A stretch of DNA of 64,000 nt from Octopus sinensis (lineage: Eukaryota): positions 41,974,001 to 42,038,000 of the forward strand of contig NC_043009.1 in the NCBI RefSeq assembly GCF_006345805.1, given 5' to 3'. Shown here piece after piece: positions 39,036 to 53,470 of the stretch; the stretch's first letter is position 1; each line of letters opens with the position of its first letter. The translations under genes were made by a program, and so were the position numbers. Below the pieces are notes generated by a model. That model was not told the origin of the DNA and made no database searches. It was given only the letters and a program-made list of their open reading frames with translations.

Positions 39036-39099
39036 TAAAAAATATATATTTACTACATGGTAGAAATTGCTTTTCCTTACCTCTTCTATATTAGCCCTC

Positions 39100-39330
39100 A
39101 TACCTTGTTCCTCAGAATACTTCCCTCTATCATATTTTCCCTATCTCTAACCATCTTTCGCTTTGCCATCGATCATGCAATGTCTACCTATCCATAATAT
39201 CGGGTCTACTCTCCTCACTCCTATCTCATAACTTGTAGGTCCACCTGACTCCTCGTCAAGACTAATTACTTCTTTCTATTTCCATCCGGACCAACTTTAC
39301 CTCTCTTCAATAACGTAAATCACTGTAGCC
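39100..39330 (-). mobile_element. Possible highly decayed LINE (APE-like) remnant
   Basis: Complex purine-rich minus strand with weak similarity to RTE endonuclease C-terminal motifs and many stops. Confidence 0.2.
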
Positions 39331-40070
39331 TCACACTTCCGTTCCACCCCTCATCCTATAGCTTAAATCCGCTGGCCTCTTCGCAGAAGGGGATCTTCGA
39401 CTTGCAGGCTACATTGTGACCTCGCTTGTACCGATGAAAAGATAATGGCGACGAGAACACACCGTAAAGTGGTTGGAGTTAGGAAGGGTACGCAGCCGTA
39501 GAAATTATGCCAAAGCAGATATTTGTGCATGATGATGTCTTAGAATTTGTGAGATCCTTTCAAAACTGCCAACCCATGTCAACATTTAACATAATGATGA
39601 TGATGATGATGATGAGGAGGAGGAGGAGGAGGAGGATGATGATCATCATGATGATCGTGATAATGATAATGATGATCACGATGAGGATGATGACGATGAT
39701 GATGATGATGATGATGAGGATGATGATGAAATGGATGTGACTGTGAATGCGTGCATATCTGCATGTGCAGTTATACTTACATGCATACATGCATAAATGG
39801 ATAGATAGGTAGATCTATACATACATGCACAAACACACACCCACATACACACACGCAAACACACACACAAATGAAGAACCTTTATCCACTAATGCACAGT
39901 TGAGCACTCAATCTAATTGTTCGACATTTACAAATACACACAAATACATGCATACATACATACATATATATATATGACCTGAACTCTTTACATGAACACC
40001 ACCCTGTACTTAACTCCATGTCCCCCTACATGGCCTTGCTTTTTGCTTTTGAGCCAAAAAATTTACTAAC

Positions 40071-40137
<67 letters not shown>

Positions 40138-40724
40138 CATACATATACATAAGTGGTATTCTTAACCTATATGTAATACTTAAATACTGTTCGCATGCGA
40201 ATGTTTTCGTGTACGACTATACGAACGAATATAAATTATTCCATGAACAAACACGTAATTCTTGGAATTCAAAGTAACATTCGCTTTATGAACTCAAACA
40301 GTTTATAAGTTGTATTGGAGCTGATTTATTAATTTTCGTCATAAAAGATGGGCAATGTGTGGAGTAGATACAAAGCTATATCAATGCTTATACAAACGGA
40401 ATGTCTTACAGATTTTCTTGCAATATGTGCTTTATCCATCCCCTTTATGCCTATCCTCTATATTTATCTATTACATTATCTATTTGTATGTATTTGTTTA
40501 CCTATCTGGCTTTCTGTTTGTTTGTTTTTTTAATCTGCTTGTCTCCATCTCTGTCCGTCTCTGTCTCTCTCTGTCTCTTTGTATGTGCCTCTCACCTATC
40601 CAATATGTAAGTTTGCAGCAACCACCCCCAAAACTACTCTATTTAATTTACTATTCGTTCAGTCAGACATGCATAAATGCATTTAAAAAGAAATAAAATC
40701 TTGTATTTGTGTATAAGTCTGTAC

Positions 40725-40823
<99 letters not shown>

Positions 40824-41041
40824 CATACATACATACATACATACATACATACATACATACATGCATACATACATATATACATATATATATATGTGTGTGT
40901 ATGTGTGTGTGTAGATATATATCAAAATATGTCTACAATATATATATATATATATATATTTATATAGGTGTGTATGTATGTATGTATATATATATATGTT
41001 CACGAGATACATAAATACTCTTATAAATACGCAACCAGATG

Positions 41042-41085
<44 letters not shown>

Positions 41086-41802
41086 ATATATACACATGTA
41101 TATGTGTGTGTGTGTTTGTGTGTGTGAGAGAGAGGGAGCATGTGTAAGTACGAGTTGTGTTTATCTGTAGGTGTTTGTGTGTTTACATATGTGCATAAAT
41201 ATAGATGAGACAGATATAAATAGCTAGATAGATAGTTAGACAAGCATAGATATAGCCGGACAGATAATCAAACATACGTAGATACAGAGATATACATCTA
41301 AGTAAATAGAAGAAGAAATAACTTTGACATCCATGCATGTTTACATATCAAAGGCATGTTCAATCTTACATATTGAATTTCGTTTTCAATACATATGCTG
41401 TTTTGTTTGTATGACTGGTACAAATAAATACTTACTCACACAGAGGCTTACACACATACACGAACATATATGCTAAAGAATACAGTTAAAAGATGTAGAT
41501 ATTTAATATAATATAACATTCCTATACAACTTCAGACAACTCCCAAAATTCACGCTTTCATAGTGATACAGCGATACACTATGTACACAAAAAAGCAGAC
41601 TCATTCGTATCTATATGTATGCACCTAGCAAATGTGTGTCAGATGTGTGTGCATATTTGTAAACATATGATTTTTGCAAGCGTGTGCAACAACTCTCTTG
41701 TAATGGAAAGGCATACAGACACATACTTGTATGGAAGCTGTATACCATTGGCTGTACATACAAACTGTATATATAAATGCATACTCACATACATACACAC
41801 TC

Positions 41803-41847
<45 letters not shown>

Positions 41848-42949
41848 CACAAGCACATACACATAAACACACACATATACGCTTTTGGATTACATTAGCC
41901 TTCATACATATGTGTGCATGTTTGTGTATATATATATACTCATACAGGCAGACAGATATACACACACACACATATATATATATAAATATTTAAAAAATAA
42001 ATATATATATAAGAGCACACACAGACACACACACACACAGACACACACACACACACAGACACACACACACACACATATATATTTACATATATACATGCAT
42101 TTGAATATATAATATATATGTATGTATACACAGATAGATAGATAGGTAGATAGTTAGAAAGATAGATAGGTGGCTAAGTAAATAGATGGAGAGAGAGAGA
42201 GTGATTCCTGTGCATGTGTGTGTGTCTGTGTGTGTGATAGGGTATATATCACACGACTGGAAGAAACGAAATTCATCTAAAATTAATATAATCTTGTTTC
42301 ATGAGAAATAAATGTTCTATAGAAAAATATTGTATGAAAAAAAAAATGAAAGAATAACAGAAAAAAATAAGTAAAAGAATACGTCTTGAAAGAAAATATA
42401 AATAAAAACGAAAAATAAAAAATAAAAATAAATTAGAATATATATAAATATATAAAATACAATCTCCCAAAGGAATATTGCTAAAACCTTTGTCAAAACA
42501 GCATATTTTCGAGATAACTAATAATTCGTTGCGTTTTCATTGTGCTTCGGTAAATACTGGTCACGCCAATGAAATGTTCCACATGAAAAAATCTGTCGAC
42601 TTTTTTTTAGAAGCTTGTCTAAGCCATAAATGTGTAGAAATCACTGGACTATTGAAGATGTTATCGAGACTAACAAAAGCGGATTTTAGTTTTAAAAAGC
42701 AAAAATCTTGTATTACTTCAGAAGGCGTGTCTATTTTATAAGCTCATCCTCTTTTTTGACATCTTTCTTCTGTTGCGCTTCCTTATTCCAGACGTCAGTC
42801 AGACTTTGGAGAATGTCACAATGTCACATGACCGCTCCTTCTGTTGTCGCATTGTACATTTTCTCTAGTTTGATTCTTCTTCTTCTTCTTGCTGCTGCTG
42901 TTATCATCATCATCATCATCATCATCATCATTATTATTACTATTATTAT

Positions 42950-43075
42950 TTACGTTCTGAGTTCAAATTCCACCGAAGACTACTTTGCCTTTCACCCTTT
43001 TAGTTTCGATATAATGCGTATCAGTTTAACACCGGGGTCGATGGCATCGACTCATCCCCTGCCCCAAAATGGCTG
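42950..43075 (+). mobile_element. SINE family A fragment
   Basis: tacgttctgagttcaaattccaccgaag...ggggtcgat. Confidence 0.7.
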
Positions 43076-43097
43076 CTCTTGAGGCAAAATTTGAAGC

Positions 43098-43154
<57 letters not shown>

Positions 43155-43399
43155 CATTACTATTATTATCTTTATTTTCATTAGCATCTTTCACTTCTGT
43201 TTCCATTTCTTGCCGAGTGTCTTCCTGACATCTAGGGCAGATAAACGCACTCAATACATTGGTTGGCCATTAAAACAAACACGCCAGATTTTTTTTTACA
43301 GAGCCATGTTATAGAGAAAAAGAGCAAGGCAGAGAGAAAAAATAGAAAATAAAAAATTGCAAAGTAAACAAATAAAATGGGAAAAAGGAAAGAAAATTC

Positions 43400-44213
43400 A
43401 CAGCGACAACGCTCTTCTCAATACGTGTGACGTACCAGTTAAGACAATCTTTTGCACTTCTCGCATGGATGGTAAGCAAGGGATCATTCTTAAATTATTT
43501 TCAGTTCTTTTTTTATCATTCTAAATGCTCCTACAATCACTGGTATTGTAACCGTTTTAAGATGCCACACCTTTGGAATTTCGATTAGCAGATCTTTATA
43601 TTTTCTGAACTTATCAAATTCTCTTGCCGAGATATTATGGTCACAGGGTATGCTCATTTCAATCAGTAAACAGACTTGATTGCTTTTGCCTTTCACAACA
43701 ATATCTAGTGTGTTTGCATTAATAGTCCGGTCTGTAGATACTGGGAAGTCCCAAAGAATAGTTACATTTTCTCCTTCAGTTACAGCCTCAAGGTGGTGCT
43801 TGTACCATTTGCCAGCAGATTTAGTTTTATAAAGCCGACACATTATCCAGTGTAGATATTGGCCAACTCTGTCATGTAGATATTAGCCAACTCTACAGGT
43901 GATAAAACCTTACATCCAGAGATTAGTTGGTCCATTATTTTTATCCCATCGTTGCAGTATCGGTACTTTAGGTACACACCACTTTTCATCATACTGGCTT
44001 GATAGTTCCAGGTCAATAAACCCTGATCTTGGGCAGCCAAGATAAATACTTCACTCTCTGACTTTAGCCACGATCTCTGTAGCCACTGATGGGTGTGCTT
44101 GTGGTCTACATCACCACTTTTGCTTTGGGCCACATATTTGCCATGCAGTGGTTTTTGTTCCCACATGACAGCCATTTGTTCAAGCACATTTTGCTTTGCT
44201 ATTGATTTCACCA

Positions 44214-44215
<2 letters not shown>
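43400..44215 (-). mobile_element. 5'-truncated R4/Dong-clade LINE (RLE end), diverged from the 19-23-kb copy
   Basis: QKPLHGKY; WLQRSWLKSESEVFILAAQDQ; WDFPVSTDRTINANTLDIV..CLLIEMSIP..KYKDL..IPVIVGA. The 5' junction is (AAT)n. Confidence 0.85.
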
Positions 44216-44261
<46 letters not shown>

Positions 44262-44262
<1 letters not shown>

Positions 44263-44795
44263 GAATAAGAGAGCAGTGCATGATATCAAAGTGACACTGG
44301 TGTAAAATATACGAAGCCCAGTATACCCATCATGACTACCCGTCTGATAAGGGTACACTAGGCACATGCATCACAACCATATGTGTGCAGCATGGTGATC
44401 TCATATCAAGATAAACAGCGCATGACCTTGCAGGTGGGGCCCAGTTAGAATTTTCTTCTGGTCGAGTAACCCATCCTGCTCAAAAGGTCCCTGAAAAAGC
44501 ATTGTTTAAGAATGTTGAACAAACCACCCATGTTTCCAAAAGTGAATTATCCAAACCTCCAAGAATTCCTCTCAACACATGGCTATGATGCTCCCCCACT
44601 ACTTCTGCTCGGGATCAGAGATGCTCATATCGTCAGCCACAAAGAGACATGCTCAACTGGATAAGGTCAAACAACTGACCAGAATATTTGCTGTAGCCCA
44701 TCTTTTATACCAAGACAAGACAATGTACATGATAAGACTTCCAATCAGTTAAGATCAGAAGCTATGAAAGCCACAGTCTGGTACTGCGTCAGGGC

Positions 44796-44800
<5 letters not shown>
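44262..44800. mobile_element. ~540-bp non-coding interspersed repeat flanked on both sides by (ATT)n
   Basis: Partial second copy at 33925-34030. No ORF recognised. Confidence 0.6.
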
Positions 44801-44846
<46 letters not shown>

Positions 44847-44974
44847 CATTATTATTATTATTGTTGTTGTTGTTGTTGTTATTGTTATTGTTGTTGTTTT
44901 TATCATTATGATTATTATACAACCAGTGGAAATGTGGAAAGTTCACTTTAGCATTCTATAGGGGAATAGTGGTG

Positions 44975-45530
44975 GGAAAGTGTGACGATGTACTTTGGGA
45001 GATCTTGGACGTTTAAGTTCAACTAGTCGCTCTCTCCCGAAGAACTTTCGGCCCGAGACCGATGGATAGCTTCCAAAAAATCTCTGACTTGGCAGTGCTA
45101 CCGAGAAGCTTTGCTTGTCCAAGATAAACTATACAGGCACGGAAGTGCTGCGTGTCGAGCATCTCCGAGATGCGCGCAGGACGATGAACCCATCTCACAT
45201 GCACTCGTCCAGCGTCCGAGCATTGCTGACCTGTGGGTTTATGTTGAACACCTGCTGTCGCGTGTGGGACGGATCCAACAATCAATTGAATCCATCGGGA
45301 AGATCGCCCCGCTGCCTTCTTTTTATATGTCTGGTAGCCATGGCGAAAGAGTTGTATGGTGGACGAGATTGAAGGGGCTGAAGACAAATACTTTTCTCTT
45401 TGACCAGTCCTTGAAGAGGAAAGTAAGGGTGGAGATGGAAGTGTTGCATTCTAGCCATTTTGTAGAAAGGTAGATGAGAGTGGTGAGAAAGGTGCGAGAG
45501 AACGGGCTTACGCTGAGCATATGTCTGTAA
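44975..45530 (+). mobile_element. L1/Tx1-like LINE ORF2 C-terminal fragment
   Basis: LTWQCYREAL..CRASPRC..EPISHALVQRP..LWVYVEHLL and WWTRLKGLKTNTFL..KRKVRVE. Homologous to 49835-50500. Confidence 0.7.
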
Positions 45531-45759
45531 TCAGAAAAGTGGAAATGAGAAAAGCACTTACCTTAGATTTTGCAGGGGTTTTCGATAGTTTCCTGCCTAT
45601 TGAGAATTATGCATTGCTAAAATGTAATTTGAACTGCTACGGTTTATTTTACTGCTGTTGTTTGTTTGTTGAGCTTCTCAGGACTGTCTGCAGTCCGAAA
45701 CATGGTCCTTTGCTATTCGTAAGACCCACAGAAGAGAAAGCAGGTCAACCCCCGACACC

Positions 45760-46010
45760 GAGAGCATCGATGAATGGATGAATGCGCATCCAGGCTCCGC
45801 GGTTGCGTAGGAAGTCGGGGACAAGAAACGGGAAGGAAGAGTGAGAGAAAGTTGGAGCGAAAGAGTACAACAGGGGTTTTCACCTCCGCCCCCTGCAGGA
45901 GCCTCGTGGAGCTTTAGGTGTTTTCCTTCAATAAACACACATAACGCCCGGTCTAGGAATCGAAACCGCAATCCTCCGACCGCGAGTCCGCTGCCCTAGC
46001 CATTGTGCCT
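45760..46010 (-). mobile_element. SINE family C
   Basis: Reverse complement of the 36215 element. B-box-like ggtttcgattcc on the minus strand. Confidence 0.7.
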
Positions 46011-46584
46011 TCTGCTGCTATTGTTCACAGTTATGGTAGTTTTTGTTTTTTTTGTTTTTTTTGTTTCGTCATATTTTGTTGTTATTGATTGTTTTCTTTA
46101 CTCTCCTTAAAATAGTTTTTGCCTTAGTTACTGTTTTTTATTAACGATATTCTTGTCGTTGTTATTGATAGTGCTAGTGGTGATGATAATGATCATGTTG
46201 GTGACCATAGTGATAACGATAGCGGTGATGATGATGACAGCAACGGCGGCAGTGGTGGTGGTTGTGTTATTTAAAACTTTTGTTCTTACTGTAGGTTTAT
46301 GCTCTTGTCGTTTTTGTTACTATTAATATTTTGATTTTACTGTAATTGTTGTTACTGGTTTTGTTATTGAGCGACTCGTTAATGTATTATTAGTCTTTTA
46401 CTTGTTTCAGTCATTTGACTGTGGCCATGCTAGAGCACCGCATTTAGTCGAGCAAATCAACCCTAGGACTTATTTATTGTAAGCCTAGTATTTATTCTAT
46501 ATGCAAAGTGTATTACAATTTAAATAAGCTCCAGGATAATTTGCATGCCACTGACCAATGACAGGACTTAGAATAACAACAAAA

Positions 46585-46725
46585 TATAAATATGTATTTC
46601 AAATTTTGACACAAGGCCAGCAGATTCAGGAAAGAAGCTAAATTGATTACATCGACTCCCACTACTGATTCTATTGATACCGAGTGGATGAAAGACAAAG
46701 TATATCTAGGCGACATTTGAACAGT
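46585..46725 (-). mobile_element. SINE family A, diverged
   Basis: Reverse complement of the family A body. Confidence 0.55.
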
Positions 46726-46820
46726 GAACGCAAGAAAAAAAATAAATTTGAACAGAACGCAAAAAAATTAATTTGAACAGAACGCAAAAAAATTAATTTG
46801 GACAGAGAACGCAAAAAAAA
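46716..46820. repeat. ~26-bp tandem repeat (ttgaacagaacgcaaaaaaattaat) x4
   Basis: Direct observation. It appears to have expanded from the SINE edge. Confidence 0.8.
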
Positions 46821-48081
46821 TGAATCTTACCACATATTACTAAATGGGTTAATACAACTCGTCACAAGTTTTTTTCCTATTACAACCTATAAATTTATTA
46901 TAATAAATAGTTTTTCGAAGATTGGCCGCATTCGTAGAGATGCATTAAATTATTTCATGGTTGGTTTCGAAATATTGAACTGTGGTTCGATCTGGGCACT
47001 AATCTTTGGTCGAACCAGTCTTCGTTTCTGATATCCTGACACGAAATTGTTACTATTGCTGTGTCTGTTACTTCAATATCTGCTGTTGTTATTGAATCAG
47101 CTGGTTTAGATAAAACCCTGCTTCTGCTGCTACTGCTGTTGTCATTTAATACTTTATTCTATATGGATAACTTTCAGTAAATATATATCTATTAAACTTC
47201 ATGCACCACTAAATATTTCTATATAATATCATGCTTCGTAGTTCCCACATCTTTCAATCATTTTCATATGAATTTTAAAGATATTTATTTGCTTTTCTTT
47301 TGCCTTGTCTCGCTTTCCTATTTTCCTTCGTCTCTTAATATGCGCCTATTTTCTTTCATATATGTGTGAATATGTGTTTTTAGGTATGTAAGTATACATG
47401 GTTTTATGCAAAGTTTGTATGTATGCATCTTTGTTCAATGCACGTGTGTTTATATGAATATATTTACCTATATATACACATATATACATACACATATATA
47501 TATATACATACACACACACACATATATACATGTATGCATATATATATATATATATGTAGACACACACACATATAAACATATATATGTATTATGTATGTAT
47601 TCATGTATACATGCATGCATTCATGTATATACATGAACATATAGATCGAAACATAACTATATATATATATATATATATATATACAAATATATATAACTTA
47701 TATATGTGAATGTATACCTTTATACTCATAAACATAAATACGTATATATATGTATGTTTGTCTGTATATGTATGTATGTACGTATGCATGTATAAACAGA
47801 AATGCTTATTTTAATATGTTACTGGTTCCAACCTGTCAGTTGCCGCCATGCTGGGGCATCGCTATCCAATTCATGCGCATATTTTTATATTTATAAATAT
47901 ATTTAATTTCACATCACATAGAGTTACTTCATGAACGCTCACACAAAGTTCTCTGTGTCGACTGCTTTAAGCTAAAAAGTTATTAAATCCAGTAACACGG
48001 TAAGAATTACAAACAAATTTACATGTTTAGATTTCATTCCAAATATACCTAACCTCCACCTCCGAAAAATATTAATCGAAG

Positions 48082-48122
<41 letters not shown>

Positions 48123-48154
48123 TATATGAAAAAAAAGAGACAGAGAGAGATGTG

Positions 48155-48211
<57 letters not shown>

Positions 48212-49158
48212 TTATTTTTTTTTACATGCGTGTATGTATGTGTGTGTACGAGTATTTATATGTTACTATACTCTGGTTCATAATATTTAATATATATTTC
48301 AACAGGAAAATGAAGTTCATTTTGTACTTGGATAATTTTAATATTAACGCTTATAAGGGCTGTGGTTATTTGCCAGCAACTACAGTACATCACACAAACC
48401 ACTATCCAGTGTTAAACTTTCTTAGTTCAAGTCTCACCAGGGATCGAATTGGCAGTATATCTGCCTCTCGCAGGTTGTTCACCCTCTCCTGACATGTTCT
48501 GCAAAGGCAAACGTCTAAAATATTTTTACCACCACTTTATTTCTTTTAATGCTTTACATGTCGTTTAGTTTGATGAATGCTGTATGGAAACATAAAGTAT
48601 AAGTTTAACTGTCCTTTTATAAATATTATATAGGTAACAGAATAATAAAGGAAAATAATAAGGAAAGCTTTAATTTATTGTTCTACTTCTGTACCGCAAT
48701 GTTTCAAGTGAACTACAACGGTATTGTTTTAGAGGTAATTTATTTTTTATAGTAATTATGTCTTTATTGATTGGTTTTGTCTAAATTCACACCGCTGTTG
48801 AATCTGACTATTTCTCCACGCACATTTTTTTTTTGTATAATTATGCAGGTTAGCCTTGGCCATAGATTCTTTTCTTATATGTAGTTAAGTCTTATGTTTG
48901 CTCGTTTCTGAGTAGGACAACTGCTATGTTGATGGTGCCTATTGAGATAGAAACACGGGGCTACAACTGTTAATTATATCTCTAAGAAAAAATAAGATGG
49001 TCTTTGTAGAATGGCAAATTTTGATTCATGAAACTATTGCCTCTGCTCCTATGTAGGAAATTTCATATCACAATTTCTACCAAAGAAATAATTTGAATAA
49101 AGCAAGAATATGTGTTTTGTATCATACTCAATAAGATTTTATTCTTGTTTGCTTTGTA

Positions 49159-49219
<61 letters not shown>

Positions 49220-49404
49220 TTGTATGCTTATGCACGCGAGGCGATGCACAAGGGGTGGGAGTTTGCGGGTAGACATGCATGGAGTAGTTCTGGGGATTGA
49301 TTTGTGGCATTGTTCACGGGGTTAATTTGTAACGGTGACCTTGGTGCAGGCGGTGTTAGGGGTGGTTGGTACTAAAGCGGTATATCCGGGTTGTCGGGGG
49401 CCAG

Positions 49405-49572
49405 AACTTTTTTATTTTATCTCCCTGTTTATTTCTGTGTTCCTTTCTGTCGAAGAGCGTGGGCTCGAAACGTAAAAGACTTTCTCACTTCCCGAGCGTT
49501 AAATTAATACATCTCTGTTATTTACACTCCGTCTTTGTCTTCTGTCTTTTTGTAAATTCTCACTATATATAT
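49405..49572 (+). mobile_element. Solo pLTR-like repeat with hammerhead-like motif
   Basis: cttt-CTGTCGA-A-GAGC gtgg GCTC-GAAA-CG-TA-aaag at 49443-49478. Ends in (TA)n. Confidence 0.65.
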
Positions 49573-49796
49573 CTGTGTGTGTGTGTGGGGGGTAAACCCA
49601 TCATTAGTGCGTCGAGCTTAGCAGCATTTATATCGGGTCCTTACATTCTGAAGATCTAATAGTAACTTTTAAGTACCAAATAGGGATTTTCTGCATGTAA
49701 TACAGTCGATGGAAACAAATTTCCTTTAGTGACACAGAAACAGAGAGAGGGATACATAAAGAGAAAGATAGACAAATCGATGAATAGATAGATAGT

Positions 49797-49834
<38 letters not shown>

Positions 49835-49835
<1 letters not shown>

Positions 49836-50499
49836 TGTTTCTTTATTAGCCACACAGGGCTGCACACAGATAGAACAAATTACAAGGTAGAGCTTTTCTT
49901 TTGAAGGTTTAAAAAAAAAAAAAAAAAAAAAAAAAGGAAGGGGGAGTTTCGATCAAAAGGGATCGTAAAAGGAGAGAAAGAGGACAAAAGAAAGGGGGTG
50001 TTAAAAAAAAAAAAAAGGGGGAGAGGAAAAAAAAATTGATCAATAGGGATCGTTATCACAGAAATGCCAATATGAAGTGTAAAGGGGAGGACAGGTGGGG
50101 TTTACCCGTGGAAAGAAAAGCCTACGGAAAAGACCACGGTAACCTCGGTCAATGAAGTCACATTTTATATTTCTTTTTTTTTTTTTTTTTTTTTTTTTTG
50201 CAAATAAGCAACTCTCTGTTTTCGATTTCTGGGTTCATAGGACTATGCTCAAGGTGGCTTCGTCATTCATACGTGCGATTCTTGCTACATTCACCCATCT
50301 TTTTTTAAAACATTCGCTAGACAAAACTTGCCTCTCTACTCTCACTTTCCTTTTCAAGTGGTACTTGAAGAAGTTGATGAGAGATTGACCAGAGAGGAAA
50401 GTGTTTGTCTCCAATCCTTTCAGACGCGTCCACCAGATACATTCTTTCGCCATAGCCACAAGGATGATGAAAATAGCTCTTCCTTCCCGTTTGAAGGAA

Positions 50500-50500
<1 letters not shown>
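49835..50500 (-). mobile_element. 5'-truncated L1/Tx1-like LINE inserted in (GATA)n
   Basis: MAKECIWWTRLKGLETNTFLSG..FKYHLKRKVRVERQVL..*, then a 3' UTR with AATAAA. Same-orientation (GATA)n lies on both sides. Confidence 0.75.
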
Positions 50501-50564
<64 letters not shown>

Positions 50565-51092
50565 GAAAAACAGAGGGAGAGAAGAGTAGCGTGTACTTCG
50601 TGTGTGCGCAGAATTTATAGATAGGCTAACTGTAGATATTCAATAACAAAACTTAAGAATTCATAATCAGCAACGCAATTAACTGAACTGCATTATGCTG
50701 AATTCCCATTGAAGATGTTATTTCTTATCTGAATGCTATATATATTTTTAAAAAAGCAAATAAATATTGAAATTTGTAAACAAATTCGCCAAACATCAAT
50801 ACCACAGATATATTTTCATATTTTTATTACACGTCGTTCATATGGTAACATGTGCAAGACATTAAATGGTTTCACCGGCAAATACTTAACTGTATATTCC
50901 GGAAGTTTGCTGTAAAATAAATTCATTTTCTGCGTTGTAACCGCCTCTTTTCAAACATTAAAAACAATTTCCTGAAACACATACGTAATGATTTTAGCAT
51001 AGGTGTAAGACGACTAGTTATGGGTGAAGGAACAGACGATTAAATTACCCTCAGCATATGACTGGTTGATATAATATAAGTGGTATAATATA

Positions 51093-51285
51093 AGAAGCTG
51101 TCATAATCGTTAGCATGCCGGGAAAAATGCGCCTTTACGTTCTGAGTTCAAATTCCGCCGACGTCGACTTTGCCTTTCATCTTTTTGAGATCGATAACAT
51201 AAGTAGCAGTTGAGCAAAGGGGTCGATGTTGTGCCGCCCCCAACGTCCCTAATTGCTGGCCTTATGCCAAAATTTGAAACCAATA
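51093..51285 (+). mobile_element. SINE family A
   Basis: cgttagcatgccggg..tacgttctgagttcaaattccgccg. Confidence 0.75.
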
Positions 51286-52304
51286 TGATATAAATGCTAG
51301 AATTAATCTCTAATCCAATTTAACACTACTGCATACGCTGTTATTGGGTGGCTTTAAGGAAGATCATTTTCGTGCAATCACCTGGTTCTAGGCAGTGGTT
51401 TAACAACGCCTTCCTCTCCGCCTTCTACCACACTCGGAACTGTGAAAGAAGTCATGATAATTGCTCTTCCACCTTAGCTGTCGCTCGGAATCGTGGATGA
51501 GCTTGTACCTTACTGTTGCTTAGTCTTTTAGGCACCTGCACCATGTGTATAACTTTGGAGTCATGGGTAAGACTTTAAACTGCATATGGTAACGAGGTCC
51601 TGTTCGAGAGTTCCGAGGTTCAGAAGAGTGTGAAACTATCTCTTAACTATCATTATCCCCGTGCGTACTCTGACCCGTAGTAGCATCACTTGTCAGGGTT
51701 CTAGCTATGGATTAATTAGAAGTTCAGGGCTTCCCTACCTACGAATATGAAGACTTGGTCCGGCGGACTCTCCAGAAGAAACCTGCATGGTTCAAAGGGA
51801 AGGAAGGCAGCTGTTGCAACGCATTATAGAGTGCAGGGAGTAAGAAGAGACAACCACTTTGTCATCCTCCTCCGCTTTACCTCCCTTTTCATCCCCCTGC
51901 TCTTCACCTGATCTTCACAGGAGCGAACTTAGTTACGAAAGGACAGAGCGAGGTCGACGGTACGCAACACTTCGCTTAAAGCAAAGTCAGTGCTTAAGTT
52001 ATCAGTCACCTTGAAGGATAATCAGATGATACTCGGCTCTCTAATGGACCAGCAAACTGATGACTATGTAATCGCCAACAGGCATAGATTTTACACTCGA
52101 TTATTTTACCATCGCCCCAGAGGAATATTAAGGGCGTGACCGCTATCCCAACTTGAGGTGATTGTATTATCCGTTTACATCAACTTCAGTCCGTCACCGA
52201 TGGCTTAACAGGGTGAATCTTCGAGGTCACTGTCAATAATATCCTTGTTGAAGAATAATAAATCTTTATTCTACAAAAGGGTAAACTAAAACTTCAGATT
52301 CATG

Positions 52305-52690
52305 TAAATCCACTCACAAGGCTTTAGACGGCCCGAAGCTGTAGCAGAAGTCACTTGCCCAGATGCCGCACAGTGGGACTGAACCTGGAACAGTGGGGTT
52401 AGGAAGCAACCAAATATGTGTTTATGTGTGTATACATATGTATGTATTGGTTTCAATTTTTGGCACAAGGCCAGCAACTTCAAGGAAGAGGTAAATCTAT
52501 TGCATCTACCCCAGTACCCCCAGTATCCCAGTATCCCAGTACTAAACTAAAACTTATTTTATCGACCCGCGAATGGATGAAAGGTAAAGCCGACTTCATC
52601 GGAATTTGAACTCAGAACGTAAATAGAGAGAAAATTCCAAGTATTTTGCCCTTCGCGCTAATACTTCTACCAGCTGGCTGCTTTAGTTGA
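52305..52690 (-). mobile_element. Adjacent SINE family B fragment (52305-52412) and family A copy (52445-52690)
   Basis: Reverse complements of the family B head and the family A body. Confidence 0.65.
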
Positions 52691-52819
52691 GTGTGTGTGT
52701 ATGTGCGTGCGTGTGTGTGTTGTGTGTGTGTGTTGTGTGGTGTGTGTGTGTGTGTGTGTGTTGTGTGGTGTATGCGTGTGTGTGTGTATTACATATTTAC
52801 CGGACTCTACATGTGTTGA

Positions 52820-53470
52820 TGTGCTACTAATAGTTTCATATGTTGAGAAATATCCGAAGCATACGCATCAGGCATAAATCACATGTAATAACGAACTAAA
52901 AAAAATTAATAAAAGTAGAAACACGAAAAATCTGAGATGGCAGCATACAGAAAATGCGGAAGATTAAAAAAAATGGAAAACGAAAAAGTAACAGCTAAAA
53001 TGTAAAAAATAAAAAAAAAACGGTGAAGGAATTATGCTTCTTAGACGTTAAATTAGAAACCTGGAAGGATATCAACAGATATAGGCAAAATTTTTCAATT
53101 CTTCAAAATATATTTATACATTTGTCTAAGTCTGAAATTTATAGCAGTTGCAAACATATGTATACATATATTTTGAAGAATTGGAAAATTCAGTGTATGC
53201 CTGATTAACTTGATATCTTTTCAACCTTGTAATTTAAGGTCTAAGGAGGATTACTCTTTTACCTTTTTACTTTTTCCTTCTCTTCTTTAATTTTTCGTTT
53301 TCTTCTTTTTTTTGTTTTTCGTTTTCCGTTTTAACCTTCCGCGCTTTCTATATGCAGCCTTCTCAGCCTTTTTCTCGTTTCTTCTCTCATTCAGTCATTT
53401 TAGTTTGCTCTGATATGTGGTTTGTGCCTGATGAATATGTTTGAGATATTTCTCATCATATGAAACTACG
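52820..53470. repeat. Old imperfect foldback element (~300-bp arms)
   Basis: tagtttcatatgttgagaaatatc.. pairs with ..gatatttctcatcatatgaaacta. ttcttcaaaatatat pairs with atatattttgaagaa. The loop is about 53121-53157. Confidence 0.75.
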
